A stretch of DNA of 64,000 bases from NCBI GenBank assembly GCA_963675755.2, contig CAXXMD010000003.1:1600001-1664000 (forward strand). The letters run 5' to 3'. Shown in pieces: positions 42,721 to 52,479 of the stretch. Source of the stretch: a bacterium (GTDB lineage: Bacteria; Zhuqueibacterota; Zhuqueibacteria; Residuimicrobiales; Krinioviventaceae). Positions within the stretch are counted from its first letter, which is position 1. Every line of letters begins with the position of its first letter. Position numbers and translations under genes: made by a program. The notes under the pieces are model-generated. The model saw only the letters and a list, made by a program, of their open reading frames with translations, did no database searches and was not told the origin of the DNA.

Positions 42721-43060
42721 AACGAAACTTGTTTCGTTTGTCCGCAGCAGGTGAGGCAGCTTGACCTTTTTATCGGAAACCGGAGCCTGAGTTCGATTGT
42801 ATGCACCAATGGTGAATGCAATCGAGTATCGAAGGCACGGTGTCCTTGATCGTGATGCAGATCCCTGCATCACGGATTATTAAATCGGGACATTTGTCCC
42901 GTAATATTTATATTTACAACCAGGACAAACATCCTGCAATCCTTTAATCATAAAAATATTAATTCAGACGTGGTAAAAGTTCAATCTGTTTAACAGAGAA
43001 TGGCCCTTCGATACACCCGTCCTTGCTCCCATAGGAACAAGGACGGATACTCAGGGACCG
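42721..43060. repeat. Cluster of REP/MITE-like hairpins
   Basis: Hairpins at 42721-42738, 42851-42874 and 42886-42901, plus two oppositely oriented CCTTCGATAC-[stem-loop]-ACTCAGG elements (42785-42836 and 43004-43056). Confidence 0.7.
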
Positions 43061-43234
43061 TTGTGTGAGTCTTTACTCGTTTCCATCCCAGTCCTCCTGG
43101 TGGTGGACAATTCCATTAATAGGGGATCTCCAGATACGATTGCTTGTTTTCAATTAGATATATAAATCCCCGCACAATATGATAAAATCAATTAAAAACA
43201 TATTATTTGATTTTTCTTTTTAGTATATTGCGGC

Positions 43235-44422
43235 ATGAAAAGCATACATTTATTACCCAAGCATGACGCGTTTATACAGCGTCGGCACCCGTGGATTTTT
43301 TCCGGGGCCATCAAAGAAGTCAGAGGCGAACCCGCAAGTGGTGAGACCGTTGACATTATCACGTCCTCCGGCAAACCGGTGGGCAAGGGAGCGTACTCGC
43401 CCGAATCACAAATACGGGTACGGGTCTGGAGTTTTGACGAGACCGAAACCATTGACGCGGATTTCTTTCGCCGCCGTATTGAGCGGGCCATGTCCGGACG
43501 GGCTTGGTTGAGTGAATCCGGATTTACTACTGCAATCCGTTTGATCAATGCCGAAGCAGATGGTCTGCCCGGTCTGGTAGTAGACCAGTACAATGAATAC
43601 CTGGTTTGTCAATTTACTTCGGCGGGAGTGGAACATTGGAAAGCTGATATTGTGGCCATTCTTGCGGAGCTGTCACCCTGTGCCGGAATTTTTGAGCGGT
43701 CAGATTCCGAAAGCCGAGACAAAGAAGGACTACCCATATCTATTGGAAAGTTGTGGGGCGAAGAACCCCCAACACTGATCTGGATACACGAGGGCGGCAT
43801 TGCCATCCCTGTGGATGTACGTACCGGGCATAAATCGGGATACTATCTGGACCAGCGAGACAATCGTGCTGCGTTTTCAGCATTTTGTCAAGGCGCTTCT
43901 GTGCTGAACGCCTTTAGTTATAGCGGCGGATTTGGTCTGTGGGCACTGCAAAGTGGCGCCGAACATGTAGTGCAGATGGATTCTTCAGCGGACGCGCTTG
44001 ATTTAGCGCGCCAGGCAGCGGAGCAAAATGGGTTCGATATGGAAAAGATTGAACACCTTGAAGCGGATGTGTTTAAACAATTAAGGACCTATCGTGACGC
44101 CAGAAAGACTTTTGACGTTATTGTGATTGATCCCCCAAAATTTGCGCAATCTGCCCATCAAGTACAAAAAGCAAGCAGGGGATACAAAGATATTAACCTG
44201 CTGGCAATGAAACTATTGAACCCCGGTGGTATCTTGTTTACGTTTTCCTGCTCTGGTCATGTGAACCGGGACCTGTTCCAAAAGATCATCGCGGCATCAG
44301 CCGCAGACTCGGGCCGGGATGTGCATATATTACGACACCTGGGCCAGCCTGAGGACCACCCCATAGCCGCCAATTTCCCGGAAGGAGAGTATTTAAAGGG
44401 ATTGATTTGCAGGGTGTGGTAA
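43235..44422 (+). CDS. rlmI: 23S rRNA m5C1962 methyltransferase RlmI-like
   Basis: PUA domain 'RRHPWIFSG'; 'EADGLPGLVVD', 'GHKSGYYLDQRDNR' and 'VIDPPKF'. Confidence 0.88.
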   Translation: MKSIHLLPKHDAFIQRRHPWIFSGAIKEVRGEPASGETVDIITSSGKPVGKGAYSPESQIRVRVWSFDETETIDADFFRRRIERAMSGRAWLSESGFTTAIRLINAEADGLPGLVVDQYNEYLVCQFTSAGVEHWKADIVAILAELSPCAGIFERSDSESRDKEGLPISIGKLWGEEPPTLIWIHEGGIAIPVDVRTGHKSGYYLDQRDNRAAFSAFCQGASVLNAFSYSGGFGLWALQSGAEHVVQMDSSADALDLARQAAEQNGFDMEKIEHLEADVFKQLRTYRDARKTFDVIVIDPPKFAQSAHQVQKASRGYKDINLLAMKLLNPGGILFTFSCSGHVNRDLFQKIIAASAADSGRDVHILRHLGQPEDHPIAANFPEGEYLKGLICRVW

Positions 44423-44463
44423 TTTTTCGATTAAACATTATATTGACAGATTAAGATTATAAT

Positions 44464-44501
44464 AAAAAAGGCCCCGAAAATTAATAGGGGCCTTTTTTTT
44501 T
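44464..44501. terminator. Bidirectional intrinsic terminator
   Basis: AAAAAAGGCCCC...GGGGCCTTTTTTTTT between convergent genes. Confidence 0.8.
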
Positions 44502-44517
44502 GAATCTGTTTTAATCT

Positions 44518-46578
44518 CTATCTCACCAGCTGCATACGCAGAGTTTGTACAAAATTTCCTGCAGTCATTCGGCAGATATAAGTGCCAGAGCTGACTTGCT
44601 GTCCTGCTGCGTTTGTACCATCCCAGGAGAGTGTCTGTACACCGGCAGGCATAGAACCGTCAGCAAGAGTCCGTACCAGTGTACCGTTGGTGTTGAATAC
44701 TTGCAGTTTAACGTTCATCGCTTCCGGGAGAGAGTATTGGATAGTGGTTGACGGATTAAAGGGATTGGGGTAATTCTGTGATAATACCGGGGTAGTAGGC
44801 ACCGTTTCGGTGTTTTCCGTACGAGCTACTATTTGGTCTTCATGAGTTTCTGTGCCGTCAAGGTTCTGGGTGGTAAGGCGGTATACATAAGCCTTGCCGG
44901 GCTCGATTGTATTATCGATAAACGCGTAATTGCACTCTGTCGTGCTGTTACCTTTACTGGGAATTAAATCTGAAATCCGTTCAAAATCCATGTTGGAATC
45001 CGCGGCTTTGCGGTCGATATAAAAACCAGTAATGTCAATTTCAGAGGCTGTCTGCCAACAAAGTTCAATGCCATCATTTAAAGGATTTGCATAAAAGCTG
45101 CTCAGGCTTACGGGTAAAGGTACATCTTTACCGTTAACAACTGAAATAACCGAACAACTGGAACTCGCTGTGCCCGAGAACATGACTTGTATGGCTCCAA
45201 CATTTGATCTAACTGCAGGATTAATCCCGGCTAGAGAAAATTCGTTTAATCCTTCAACTAATTCAATTGCTCCGACACTTCCAAATCCATATGTGCTGTT
45301 CGTCAGGACAACCGTTCCTGATACAGAACCGCTCAAATTGGTTATGTGAACAGTAATTGAGGCAATGGTGCTTAAATCATAATAAGAAGGACCGGGTGTT
45401 ACAGCGCCACCATCCGGTGATTCAGATGATTGGTCATATGTAAAATATACGGTTTCATCACCATTTGGAAAAGACATGATTGCATTACTGGCAAGGCCCA
45501 TAATCAGTGAAGCAGTGGGACCACCTGGGTCATAATCGCTGGTTCCCGTTGGCCAGTTAGAATTTGTTGTTTCAACGGCCTCAGTAATAAGATGAGGAGC
45601 TCCTAAAGAGTTGTCTCCCAAATAGTCAATCGTACCATAAGGATCTGGAAATGCCGTTGCAACAGTACCATAAAGTTCAAAGGCAAGATCAATGTTCCCG
45701 TCATTTTCAATTTCAGCAAGAGGGATCTCAAATTCATAAGTTTTATGGCGATAGGGAACAAACGGAGTATAGGTGAATCCCGGTGTTCCCCAGGTTTGTT
45801 CCGGTACGGATGAACGAAATGTCTTGATTCCCTGGTTATCTCTGATATGCACACTCACATAGTCAGCGTCACCATCATAAGTATTGTCCGGAGTAAAGTC
45901 GATGGCTACATATAAATTTTTTCCATCATCTTTTACCCATCCATAAGTATAGCCTGAAGGATGTCCGGTACAGGGCTTGACCATGGTTGTAAAAAAAGGC
46001 TTTCCTAAATCTTCTTTGTTCAAGTTACCATCAATTTTTAAAGATCCGTAATTGCTTCCCAACTGATAAACAGCAAACTCATTAAAGCCCTGAGGTGCTT
46101 TGCCCAAATTCACTTCCGGATACTGCACAGGAAGACCAAAGAATTCATCCGGATCAACCCTGGCCCGAAGACGTAGTACCGGATTATTGTGAACAGAATT
46201 AAAAACTGCTTCCACAGCTCCTTGAATATTGACAACATCATAGTCGCTGTTGTTCAGTAATTGGGTTTCTGCTTTTGAGAACCCTTTAACCGTTACCGGT
46301 GCCTGGCCGTTCAGGTCCAATAGATCAAAATGGGCAAGGTTCTGATTTGAAGGTAAAAGACGAACATGAACTGATTCTTCTGTATTTACTGGTAATGGAA
46401 TTTCACAGGTTTTATAATGAGCTGTAAACTTGATTTCTCCGGCGTTTATCCACTCATCTCCATCTAGTACCTGTACCTCATAACCACCGTTAATTTTCAA
46501 TGACGCCCAATAATCCTGTTGGGATGTTCCTGCAAATAAAGAGGAAACAACAAATAGTAATAATATCATTTGTTTCAA
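44518..46578 (-). CDS. Secreted protein with C-terminal FlgD-Ig/T9SS-like sorting domain
   Basis: GGAGG precedes TTG 46578; signal peptide; 'LPVSLSSF' linker; 'LSQNYPNPFNPSTTI...WDG...SSGTY'. Confidence 0.75.
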   Translation of the reverse strand: MKQMILLLFVVSSLFAGTSQQDYWASLKINGGYEVQVLDGDEWINAGEIKFTAHYKTCEIPLPVNTEESVHVRLLPSNQNLAHFDLLDLNGQAPVTVKGFSKAETQLLNNSDYDVVNIQGAVEAVFNSVHNNPVLRLRARVDPDEFFGLPVQYPEVNLGKAPQGFNEFAVYQLGSNYGSLKIDGNLNKEDLGKPFFTTMVKPCTGHPSGYTYGWVKDDGKNLYVAIDFTPDNTYDGDADYVSVHIRDNQGIKTFRSSVPEQTWGTPGFTYTPFVPYRHKTYEFEIPLAEIENDGNIDLAFELYGTVATAFPDPYGTIDYLGDNSLGAPHLITEAVETTNSNWPTGTSDYDPGGPTASLIMGLASNAIMSFPNGDETVYFTYDQSSESPDGGAVTPGPSYYDLSTIASITVHITNLSGSVSGTVVLTNSTYGFGSVGAIELVEGLNEFSLAGINPAVRSNVGAIQVMFSGTASSSCSVISVVNGKDVPLPVSLSSFYANPLNDGIELCWQTASEIDITGFYIDRKAADSNMDFERISDLIPSKGNSTTECNYAFIDNTIEPGKAYVYRLTTQNLDGTETHEDQIVARTENTETVPTTPVLSQNYPNPFNPSTTIQYSLPEAMNVKLQVFNTNGTLVRTLADGSMPAGVQTLSWDGTNAAGQQVSSGTYICRMTAGNFVQTLRMQLVR

Positions 46579-46873
46579 GGTAACCTCCATATGTTGGGTT
46601 AAAATTGTTTTGTGGAGCTTTTGTGTTGTCAATTGATGGTTATTTGAAGAATCAATTTTAATCTATATACAAAATGAATAATGTGCAATAGTTATTTTAT
46701 GTGTTGAGAGGTATAGGTATTTTTTAATAAACAAGTTATGGCAGAGCAAATAAAGTCAGGTTTTGTAAAAAAGGCTATTAATAATTACATATAATGGCAA
46801 CCAGAATCAAGAATAAAATCCAGGAGTATTGTATTTTTATCTGTCAATTAACTTTATAACACAGGAGATAAAA

Positions 46874-47332
46874 ATGCAGAATCAATTCCAGGTAAAATCA
46901 ATAGGGCAGGTGTTGCGTGAAAATGGAAAAACCAAAGTTCATCTGTTACCGGATTATAGAGATGGATTGTTGCGGTTGAACGAATTCAGCCATGTGTTGG
47001 TGTTCTGGTGGGCAGACCGTTGTGATAATGAGCAGGACCGTTCAAAATTACAGACACAGCTGCCCTATGCTGAAGATAAAACCGCGGGCGTGTTTGCATG
47101 TCGCGCGGAATACCGACCGAATCCCATTGCCATGTCTGTATGTCCTATTGTTCATATTGATAACGAGACCGGACAAATTGAGGTCGCCAATATCGATGCT
47201 GTTGATAATACACGGGTTCTGGATTTAAAGCCCTATTTCCCGGTATGTGATCGTGTGAAAAACGTATATATACCGAAATGGTTAGAGGGCTGGCCGGAAT
47301 GGATGCCTGAAGAAGGTATTGCGCCCATGTAA
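46874..47332 (+). CDS. tsaA: tRNA m6t6A37 methyltransferase TrmO/TsaA
   Basis: Motifs 'FSHVLVFWW', 'GVFACRAEYRPNPIAMS' and 'VLDLKPY'. Confidence 0.82.
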   Translation: MQNQFQVKSIGQVLRENGKTKVHLLPDYRDGLLRLNEFSHVLVFWWADRCDNEQDRSKLQTQLPYAEDKTAGVFACRAEYRPNPIAMSVCPIVHIDNETGQIEVANIDAVDNTRVLDLKPYFPVCDRVKNVYIPKWLEGWPEWMPEEGIAPM

Positions 47333-47601
47333 TGGATTAAATATTCAGGAACTATTTTAAAATATGCAGTTCCTGAATTGATAGTCACCCCTGGCACAGT
47401 TCTTGAAACTTTTAACCATCATGGCCTGACAATTTTTTATTTTATTATACACTGTATAAGTATATATTTTTAAATAATTTCTGATTTTTGTACTGTCGAG
47501 ATTTTCTATGGTTTGATAGAAAGGGATCAGTGTGGGGTAAAAGTTACCCCGGGTGGACAATTATACAAAAATGTATAAATAAGAAATTTCAGGAGGAAAA
47601 C

Positions 47602-50600
47602 ATGCGTAAAGGGGCTTTTTTATTAATTATTTTAACATCCATGCTTTTTGGTCAGAATGATATATGGCGTCAACTGCAGTTGACGGAAGATATGCAATTT
47701 GAATATGCCCAATGGAGTCATAACGAAGGTGTCTACCCTCCAATCTATGCTTTGGGTGAAAAGGGTTCAATATGGTATTCAACAGATAATGGTTGGAATT
47801 GGGAAAAGAGTGAGCTTGGGGTATCCGCGAATATGAAAGGCATTGCATGGGAACAAAAAAATTATGGTTTCGGTCTTCAAACCACAGGGGTTGCTGTAGG
47901 TGAAAATGGAGCCGTTGTGATAACAAAAGACGGAGGAAAAACCTGGGAAATGTTACAGTACGAGGGTAATGATCTTAATGCTGTTGATTGTACAGCACCC
48001 TTGTATGATTATCAAACCGATTATCTTTACCTTTCGGTTGGAAAAGATGGAACTGCCATTTGGTCCCATGATGGTGGTCTGAACTGGGATGATAAAGAGA
48101 TATCAGAATCAGGTGAAGATTTTACGGATGTTCAGTTTACTACCAATGAAGAGGGTTGGATTACCGGAACAAATGGTACTCTCTATAAAACAACAAACGC
48201 CGGTTATGATTGGCAGATTATTGAACTACCTGACGAAACAGGAAAACCTGATTTGCAAGGTGTTGATTTTTTAGATAACAATACCGGCTGGGTTTGTGGA
48301 GATAATGGTACTATACTTTTGACAAACAGAGGAGGTGCTGACTGGGCGCAGCAAAACTCAGGCGTTACAACCCAGTTGAATGATATTGCTTTTAAAGATA
48401 GAAATACCGGTTGGTGTGTTGGAAACGGCGGTACAGTGCTTTTAACTGAAAACGGCGGCTCTACCTGGCAGCCTGTAGATACCGGCTCAAATCAGGATTT
48501 TCAATCTGTGAGTATTAATTCAAACGGTGATGTCCTCATTGCAGGTGGAAGTAGCAAAATACTGACAAATCAGCCTGAATTAAATATCAGTGTTGAGGTT
48601 GTTCCGGACGAGGTACATGCTGCAGGAATCAATAGAAGTAAAAAAAGAGAGCGCGTGAATGTTCAGGTTAATTACGATTCAGAGGCTCCATGGACTGTTC
48701 AATCCAATGCGGATTGGATTACCGTTCAACCTCAATCCGGGACCGGCAACGGTTATTTTGATGTTACAATAGATCCAACAAATCTTGAAGAAGGAAAGCA
48801 TTCATCTTCGGTTACCATATCAACAGAAGACGGTGTAACAACTTTAGAACCATTGGTCCATTATCAGTTCTATGGGGCTAATGAAAGCAAGCCTCCCTTT
48901 GGAAGTATTGAAACACCTCAAGTCGGTTCAACCGTCCGAGGCAGTGTCCCGGTTACTGGTTGGGCATTGGATGATGTGGAAGTAGATAAAGTACAGATAT
49001 ACAGTGAAAATAACGGCAGTCTTACCTATCTGGGTGATGCAGCCTTTGTTGAAGGTGCAAGACCGGATGTGCAGCAGGCTTATCCTGAATATCCAAATAA
49101 CAATAACGCAGGGTGGCAGTACATACTGCAATCAAATTTCTTTACCAATGCGTTTGATGGCATAGCTACATTAACTGCTATTGCTCAGGATGTTGAAGGC
49201 AATCAAACGACATTGGGGAGTAATTCATTTATGATTGATAATCAGAATTCAAATAACCCTTTTGGTGATATTACTACCCCAGCTCCCGGAGAAAAGATTT
49301 GGGGCAGCAGTTATATCAATACAGGCTGGGTTCTGACTCCACCTCCTAATATGATTTCAGAATGTGGCAGTGAAATTTCAGTTTATATTGATGGTGTGTT
49401 TACGGGAAATGTGACCTATGATGGTTACCGCCAGGATATTGCATCTTTGTTCCCGGGCTATGCTAATTCAAACGGTGCTGGGGCTTATTTCAAGATTGAT
49501 ACGCGTAAATATCCAAATGGAATGCATACCATACAATGGGTAGCAAGAGATGACGCCGGTAATGAGGGCGGCATTGGCTCCAGATTTTTTACTATTGAAA
49601 ACAGCGGAGCTCCCGCAGCCGGTGCAACTACAAATAGAATCAAGTGTGGGGCGCCTGCTAATGGGTCCTCTTTAAAAAGAGAATTTACAGCTTTTGGTGG
49701 AAATTCAACCCATGCCAACGGACCGTTTACACAATATTTTCAAGTGGTTAATAAAGGTGTTGGAACTCTCAGTTGGCAGGTAAGCAGCGAGCAGGATTGG
49801 ATTTCACTAGATCCTGTCTCGGGAACAGGACCCGGCTGGGTGCAGGTATCGGTTGATCCCTCTGGGAAAACAGCAGGTGGATATGAGGGTGAGATTGTTA
49901 TTACTGATATTGATCAGGCAAGCGCTCCGGAATATGTTGCTGTAGACTTGACGGTTCATCAACTAACGGAACCTCCTTTTGGTGAATTTGTTTCTCCGGC
50001 ACAAGATCAGGTTGTAAGTGGAAATATTTACTTGTCCGGTTGGGCACTTGACGATGTGGGTGTAGAATCTGTCAAGCTATATCAGATAAACGGCGAGCAA
50101 AATGAATATATTGGGGATGCTGTTCCGATAGATGAAATTCGAGCGGATGTACAGTCAATGTACGCCAATTATCCCAATGCCAATATGGCGGGATGGCGGT
50201 TCAGTGTTGAAACCTATGATTATGAAAATGGCACATATTCTTTTGTTGCAGAGGTTATGGATTATGAAGGGAATACAACTCTGCTTACCGGTAGTGAGTT
50301 TGTAATCGATAATACAAACAGTCTTGAGCCCTTTGGTGATATTGATTCACCGGTAGATGGCCTGATTGTGTCTGGAGACAGTCTTGCTATAATTGGCTGG
50401 GTTTTAGCCGCAGGTGACAATACCATAGAAAAAGATGGGTCTTCTATTTTCCTTTATCTGAACGGAGAATTTATTGGCAATCCTATTTATAATCTATATC
50501 GTAAAGATATTGCTGATAAATATCCGGATAAACAGAATGCCCTCGGTGCAGTGTTTACCTATTATCTCGATACTACTGCCTATCCGGATGGTACCTATAC

Positions 50601-50982
50601 CCTAAATGTGCATGCCTGGGACCAGGATGGAAATATAAACAAATCCATTGGCGCACGAACCATCAAGATTGTGAATACAGTCATTACGCGTCTGGAAGAT
50701 GAGAATGCGGTTCCGTTAAAAACGGATTTGATGAATGCGTATCCCAATCCGTTTAATCCTTCAACACAGATTGAATACCATTTGGCCCAAAACGCAACAG
50801 TTAATGTTCATATTTATGATATTATGGGGCGGCGGGTTAAAACGCTGGTAGACAACCGTTATCAGCTGGCTGGTAAATATAACATTCGTTTCAATACTCT
50901 GGGTCTATCTAGTGGCGTATACTTTTGCCGTTTTACTGCGGGGCATGAATCCTTTGTAAAAAAACTTATGTTTATTAAATGA
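47602..50982 (+). CDS. Large secreted protein: YCF48-like propeller, then (BACON + two Ig-like domains) twice, then a sorting domain
   Basis: AGGAGG precedes ATG 47602; repeated 'T.DGG.TW' BNR motifs, 'WI...P.SGTG', 'PFG...GW.L' units and 'AYPNPFNPST'. Confidence 0.8.
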   Translation: MRKGAFLLIILTSMLFGQNDIWRQLQLTEDMQFEYAQWSHNEGVYPPIYALGEKGSIWYSTDNGWNWEKSELGVSANMKGIAWEQKNYGFGLQTTGVAVGENGAVVITKDGGKTWEMLQYEGNDLNAVDCTAPLYDYQTDYLYLSVGKDGTAIWSHDGGLNWDDKEISESGEDFTDVQFTTNEEGWITGTNGTLYKTTNAGYDWQIIELPDETGKPDLQGVDFLDNNTGWVCGDNGTILLTNRGGADWAQQNSGVTTQLNDIAFKDRNTGWCVGNGGTVLLTENGGSTWQPVDTGSNQDFQSVSINSNGDVLIAGGSSKILTNQPELNISVEVVPDEVHAAGINRSKKRERVNVQVNYDSEAPWTVQSNADWITVQPQSGTGNGYFDVTIDPTNLEEGKHSSSVTISTEDGVTTLEPLVHYQFYGANESKPPFGSIETPQVGSTVRGSVPVTGWALDDVEVDKVQIYSENNGSLTYLGDAAFVEGARPDVQQAYPEYPNNNNAGWQYILQSNFFTNAFDGIATLTAIAQDVEGNQTTLGSNSFMIDNQNSNNPFGDITTPAPGEKIWGSSYINTGWVLTPPPNMISECGSEISVYIDGVFTGNVTYDGYRQDIASLFPGYANSNGAGAYFKIDTRKYPNGMHTIQWVARDDAGNEGGIGSRFFTIENSGAPAAGATTNRIKCGAPANGSSLKREFTAFGGNSTHANGPFTQYFQVVNKGVGTLSWQVSSEQDWISLDPVSGTGPGWVQVSVDPSGKTAGGYEGEIVITDIDQASAPEYVAVDLTVHQLTEPPFGEFVSPAQDQVVSGNIYLSGWALDDVGVESVKLYQINGEQNEYIGDAVPIDEIRADVQSMYANYPNANMAGWRFSVETYDYENGTYSFVAEVMDYEGNTTLLTGSEFVIDNTNSLEPFGDIDSPVDGLIVSGDSLAIIGWVLAAGDNTIEKDGSSIFLYLNGEFIGNPIYNLYRKDIADKYPDKQNALGAVFTYYLDTTAYPDGTYTLNVHAWDQDGNINKSIGARTIKIVNTVITRLEDENAVPLKTDLMNAYPNPFNPSTQIEYHLAQNATVNVHIYDIMGRRVKTLVDNRYQLAGKYNIRFNTLGLSSGVYFCRFTAGHESFVKKLMFIK

Positions 50983-50985
50983 TAC

Positions 50986-51018
50986 AAGGCCGTATGGATT
51001 CCATACGGCCTTTTTTTT
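50986..51018 (+). terminator. Intrinsic terminator
   Basis: AAGGCCGTATGG-ATT-CCATACGGCCTTTTTTTT. Confidence 0.85.
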
Positions 51019-51069
51019 GTTCATTCATTTGATATATTGAATGGATATATTATTTATTCAGGAGATTTT

Positions 51070-51576
51070 ATGGAACCCCGGATAGTACAAAAAGAACGTA
51101 TGCTTTTGGTGGGGCTCGACTTTTTTGGAGATCCTTTTCAACTCAGTAGTGGTTGGACTGAAGAAAATGAAATAGGCCGTTTGTGGGCCCGGTTAATACA
51201 ATACATGAAGGAAAAGGAACTGCAAATCCCTTTGCCTGAGCAAATGTTCGAAGTACATATTGAACATTTTGATACTCGGGTAAAAGGACATTTTGAAGTA
51301 TTTGTTGGCTTTGAAATAGAAAAAGCGGATTTGGCTCCTGTTGATCTGGTTCTCAAAGTTCTTCCTGCAAATACTTTTGCTATTTATACATTAAAAGGTA
51401 AAGAGATCTCGTCTGATTGGGAGACATTGCTTGTACAGGAATGGTTAAGCAAATCAGGTTACGAGATTGCAGATCCTTTTAATTATCAGCTTTATGATGA
51501 GCGTTTCAAAGGAATGGACCGCTTGCATGAATCCGAAATCGATTTGTATATACCGATTTGTAAGAAAAAAGCATAA
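51070..51576 (+). CDS. GyrI-like small-molecule-binding domain protein
   Basis: Motifs 'MEPRIV', 'EIGRLW', 'EWLSKSGY' and 'EIDLYIPI'. Confidence 0.8.
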   Translation: MEPRIVQKERMLLVGLDFFGDPFQLSSGWTEENEIGRLWARLIQYMKEKELQIPLPEQMFEVHIEHFDTRVKGHFEVFVGFEIEKADLAPVDLVLKVLPANTFAIYTLKGKEISSDWETLLVQEWLSKSGYEIADPFNYQLYDERFKGMDRLHESEIDLYIPICKKKA

Positions 51577-51578
51577 TC

Positions 51579-52403
51579 ATGCGTGAAGTGGATGCAATAT
51601 ATAATGCAGTTCGATATGTTGAAAAGCATCTCAGGGATGATATTACAATAGGAGATATGGCCAATGCAGCCAATTATTCTTTATATCATTTCTGTCGCCT
51701 GTTTAACAGAATAACGCGGTTCACACCCTATGAATATCTTGTTCGAAGAAGAATAGATGTTGCCGCAGAAGAATTGAGAAATAGTAATAAAAAGATAATA
51801 GAGATAGCATTTGATTTACAATTTAATTCCCCGGAATCGTTTATTCGGGCGTTCAGGCGGGTTTACAAAAGTGCTCCCGGAGTTTGGAAAAAACAATTGG
51901 GTGATGATCAAGAGCAATCAATGCCTGCATTTGAAAAAGAATATCTCTATTATGTTTGCAATAACGTGTCACTGAAACCTAAACATGTAAAGCTTGGATC
52001 CCTGGAATTATATGGAATATTGTATCCTGTAAAAGAGGGATTTAATCCGAATGGTAAGGGACGGATTGAACAATTTCTGGATGAATGCAAAACATATAAT
52101 CTTTTAGTCAATGATGTGTTTGGTGTTCGTATTTTAACGAAATTGAAAAATTATTATTTGTTTATTGGAGCAGAAATCAAAGAACCCTTTCCGGAAAACA
52201 CGCCATTTGTGAAAAAGATGGTGAATGAAAATAATTATATCCGGATTGCTCACAAGGGTGCTTTTGAAACACTACGATTTTTGTATCAATATGAAAAGTA
52301 TTGCAGAATTTTAGAAATGTGGAAACCCTGGTCGTATTGTATAGAGAAATATAATTTAAAAAAAAGCGGAACCATAGAATTGTTTGTGCCTGTTAAGATT
52401 TAG
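51579..52403 (+). CDS. AraC family regulator with GyrI-like C-terminal domain
   Basis: Motifs 'YSLYHFCRLF' and 'EIAFDLQFNSPESFIRAFRR'. Confidence 0.87.
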   Translation: MREVDAIYNAVRYVEKHLRDDITIGDMANAANYSLYHFCRLFNRITRFTPYEYLVRRRIDVAAEELRNSNKKIIEIAFDLQFNSPESFIRAFRRVYKSAPGVWKKQLGDDQEQSMPAFEKEYLYYVCNNVSLKPKHVKLGSLELYGILYPVKEGFNPNGKGRIEQFLDECKTYNLLVNDVFGVRILTKLKNYYLFIGAEIKEPFPENTPFVKKMVNENNYIRIAHKGAFETLRFLYQYEKYCRILEMWKPWSYCIEKYNLKKSGTIELFVPVKI

Positions 52404-52479
52404 GCATGATTCTTGGCTCATTTTTTTACATAATGTTGTTAAAGTCGTGATGTTTACCTATTTAACTATTTAGAAAATC

